Assembly (NCBI GenBank): GCA_020846775.1
Contig: JADLDG010000023.1
Coordinates: 139,298 to 203,297 of the forward strand
DNA length: 64,000 nt
Source: Nitrospirota bacterium
Lineage (GTDB): Bacteria > Nitrospirota > 9FT-COMBO-42-15 > HDB-SIOI813
Direction of reading: 5' to 3'
This document shows positions 63,106 through 64,000 of this stretch, piece after piece (within the stretch, counting starts at the first letter, position 1; each line of letters opens with the position of its first letter). The notes below the pieces were generated by a model, which was not told where the DNA came from, did not search any database, and saw only the letters and a list, made by a program, of their open reading frames with translations. A program made the translations under genes and the position numbers.

Positions 63106-63957
63106 TTAATAAAATTCTTTTATCGTTATTTTTACCCTGGATATATCAACAGCATGTCTGACCAAAGGTGCGTCTTTTATTACAGGGATACGTTCCTCAA
63201 GGATAGTCCGGTTATTCCTGTAGATAATACCTAAAGGGATCCTGTCTCCCCATTCAAGCGCCCTGTTGAAAGCCGCCCCCCTGTCATCAGGTGTATACTC
63301 CGGTTCAAGTTTGTAGACCCTCATTTTATACCAGTCATAAGTATTCAGTTTGTTAAATGTTACACATGGCTGAAGGATGTCTACAAGACTGAAGCCCTTA
63401 TGGTTTATCGCCTCTTTCATCAGCCAGGTAAGGTGCTCCATATCACCGGAGAAGCCCCTCGCCACAAAGCTGCAATCCAGCGCCACTGCCAGCGCCATTG
63501 GATTAAGCTGTTCTGAAAACACACCTGCCGGCTGGTTTTTGGTTTTCACCCCCTCCATACTTGTAGGCGAGGCCTGTCCTTTTGTCAGACCGTAGATCTG
63601 GTTGTCATGAACAAAGAGCTTTATATTAATATTCCGTCTGATGGCATGAATGAGATGATTTCCACCCTCGCCATAGCTATCCCCGTCTCCAGTAAATACA
63701 AAGACCGGGTGAGAATGATTAGACATCCGAATCCCGGTTGCGACCGGGAGGGACCTTCCATGAAGACCGTTAAAGGTATTACATCTAACATAATGTGGGA
63801 ACTTGGCAGCCTGTCCGATGCCAGAGACAATGGTAAACTGATGCGGATCAATATTCAACTGGACCATAGCATCCTTAAATGATTTAAGGATGCTATAGTC
63901 CCCGCATCCAGGGCACCATGCCGGCTGCTGACCTTTAATTTCCTGCAATGATGGCAT
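63106..63957 (-). CDS. korB: 2-oxoacid:ferredoxin oxidoreductase beta subunit (TPP-binding)
   Basis: WCPGCGD N-terminal motif and the GDGD TPP-binding motif (VFTGDGDSYGEG); 283 aa. Confidence 0.85.
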   Translation of the reverse strand: MPSLQEIKGQQPAWCPGCGDYSILKSFKDAMVQLNIDPHQFTIVSGIGQAAKFPHYVRCNTFNGLHGRSLPVATGIRMSNHSHPVFVFTGDGDSYGEGGNHLIHAIRRNINIKLFVHDNQIYGLTKGQASPTSMEGVKTKNQPAGVFSEQLNPMALAVALDCSFVARGFSGDMEHLTWLMKEAINHKGFSLVDILQPCVTFNKLNTYDWYKMRVYKLEPEYTPDDRGAAFNRALEWGDRIPLGIIYRNNRTILEERIPVIKDAPLVRHAVDISRVKITIKEFY

Positions 63958-64000
63958 TCAGTTCTCCTGACAGACTATCCAATGTGAATGGCCTGCCGTC
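63958..64000 (-). CDS. korA: 3' end of the upstream 2-oxoacid:ferredoxin oxidoreductase alpha subunit gene (partial)
   Basis: The minus-strand frame reads ...TAGHSHWIVCQEN and stops at 63958-63960, directly abutting the korB ATG. Confidence 0.4.
   Translation of the reverse strand, partial: TAGHSHWIVCQEN

Overview
This 64 kb window is a co-linear stretch of bacterial core chromosome, moderately AT-rich, densely packed and mostly on the minus strand. There is no CRISPR array, rRNA, integrase or transposase. The taxonomy is only a guess from gene content (korAB-type 2-oxoacid:ferredoxin oxidoreductase, MCP, c-type cytochromes): an anaerobic, possibly Nitrospirota- or Deltaproteobacteria-like organism.

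Gene blocks, in order:
- Isoprenoid and nucleotide-sugar genes on the plus strand: ispA fragment, dxs, tlyA, an NAD-dependent epimerase, UDP-glucose 6-dehydrogenase, a GalE-like epimerase.
- A long minus-strand run: glcD-like oxidase, panB, metF, folD, 5-FTHF cyclo-ligase, recN, trxA, ctpA, a fused FtsX-EnvC ORF, ftsE, an 83-aa unknown ORF, yraN, rnhB, rplS, trmD, rimM, a KH protein, rpsP, a degenerate PAS-GGDEF protein, ffh.
- A Met/His-rich secreted mini-protein, a Na/Pi cotransporter, a Pat-like ACS-GNAT lysine acetyltransferase, an orphan OppB/OppC permease pair, an MCP.
- secG, tpiA, pgk, gap, PBP1A, comM/yifB, a SPOR protein, queA, a NifS/IscS cysteine desulfurase, asd.
- An ilvBNC-psd-pssA-leuACDB supercluster that also holds a nested Ig-like lipoprotein, followed by a stand-alone initiator tRNA-fMet.
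- An accessory-looking block: an ABC-2 exporter; an OmpR/HK two-component system with a PepSY protein; an unannotated 48-codon CXXCH ORF; a monoheme c-type cytochrome and a cytochrome b561; fkpA; a DUF3300/DUF2950 pair; and korB with the korA 3' end.

Observations most worth a second look:
- The single-ORF FtsX-EnvC fusion.
- Two related MITE-like inverted-repeat elements, each abutting a gene's stop codon.
- A perfect heptamer tandem repeat in the leuD-leuB spacer.
- Twin 9-bp-stem hairpins between oppB and oppC.
- A leuA leader with mutually exclusive hairpins and a uORF.
- The PepSY/cytochrome/two-component cluster with its hidden CXXCH mini-ORF.
- The uncharacterised DUF3300-DUF2950 pair.

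All functional calls rest on reading the translated ORFs for family motifs; no database search was possible. The ORF-track coordinates include the stop codon and use the first ATG/TTG/GTG after the preceding stop, so several true starts were re-placed by eye.
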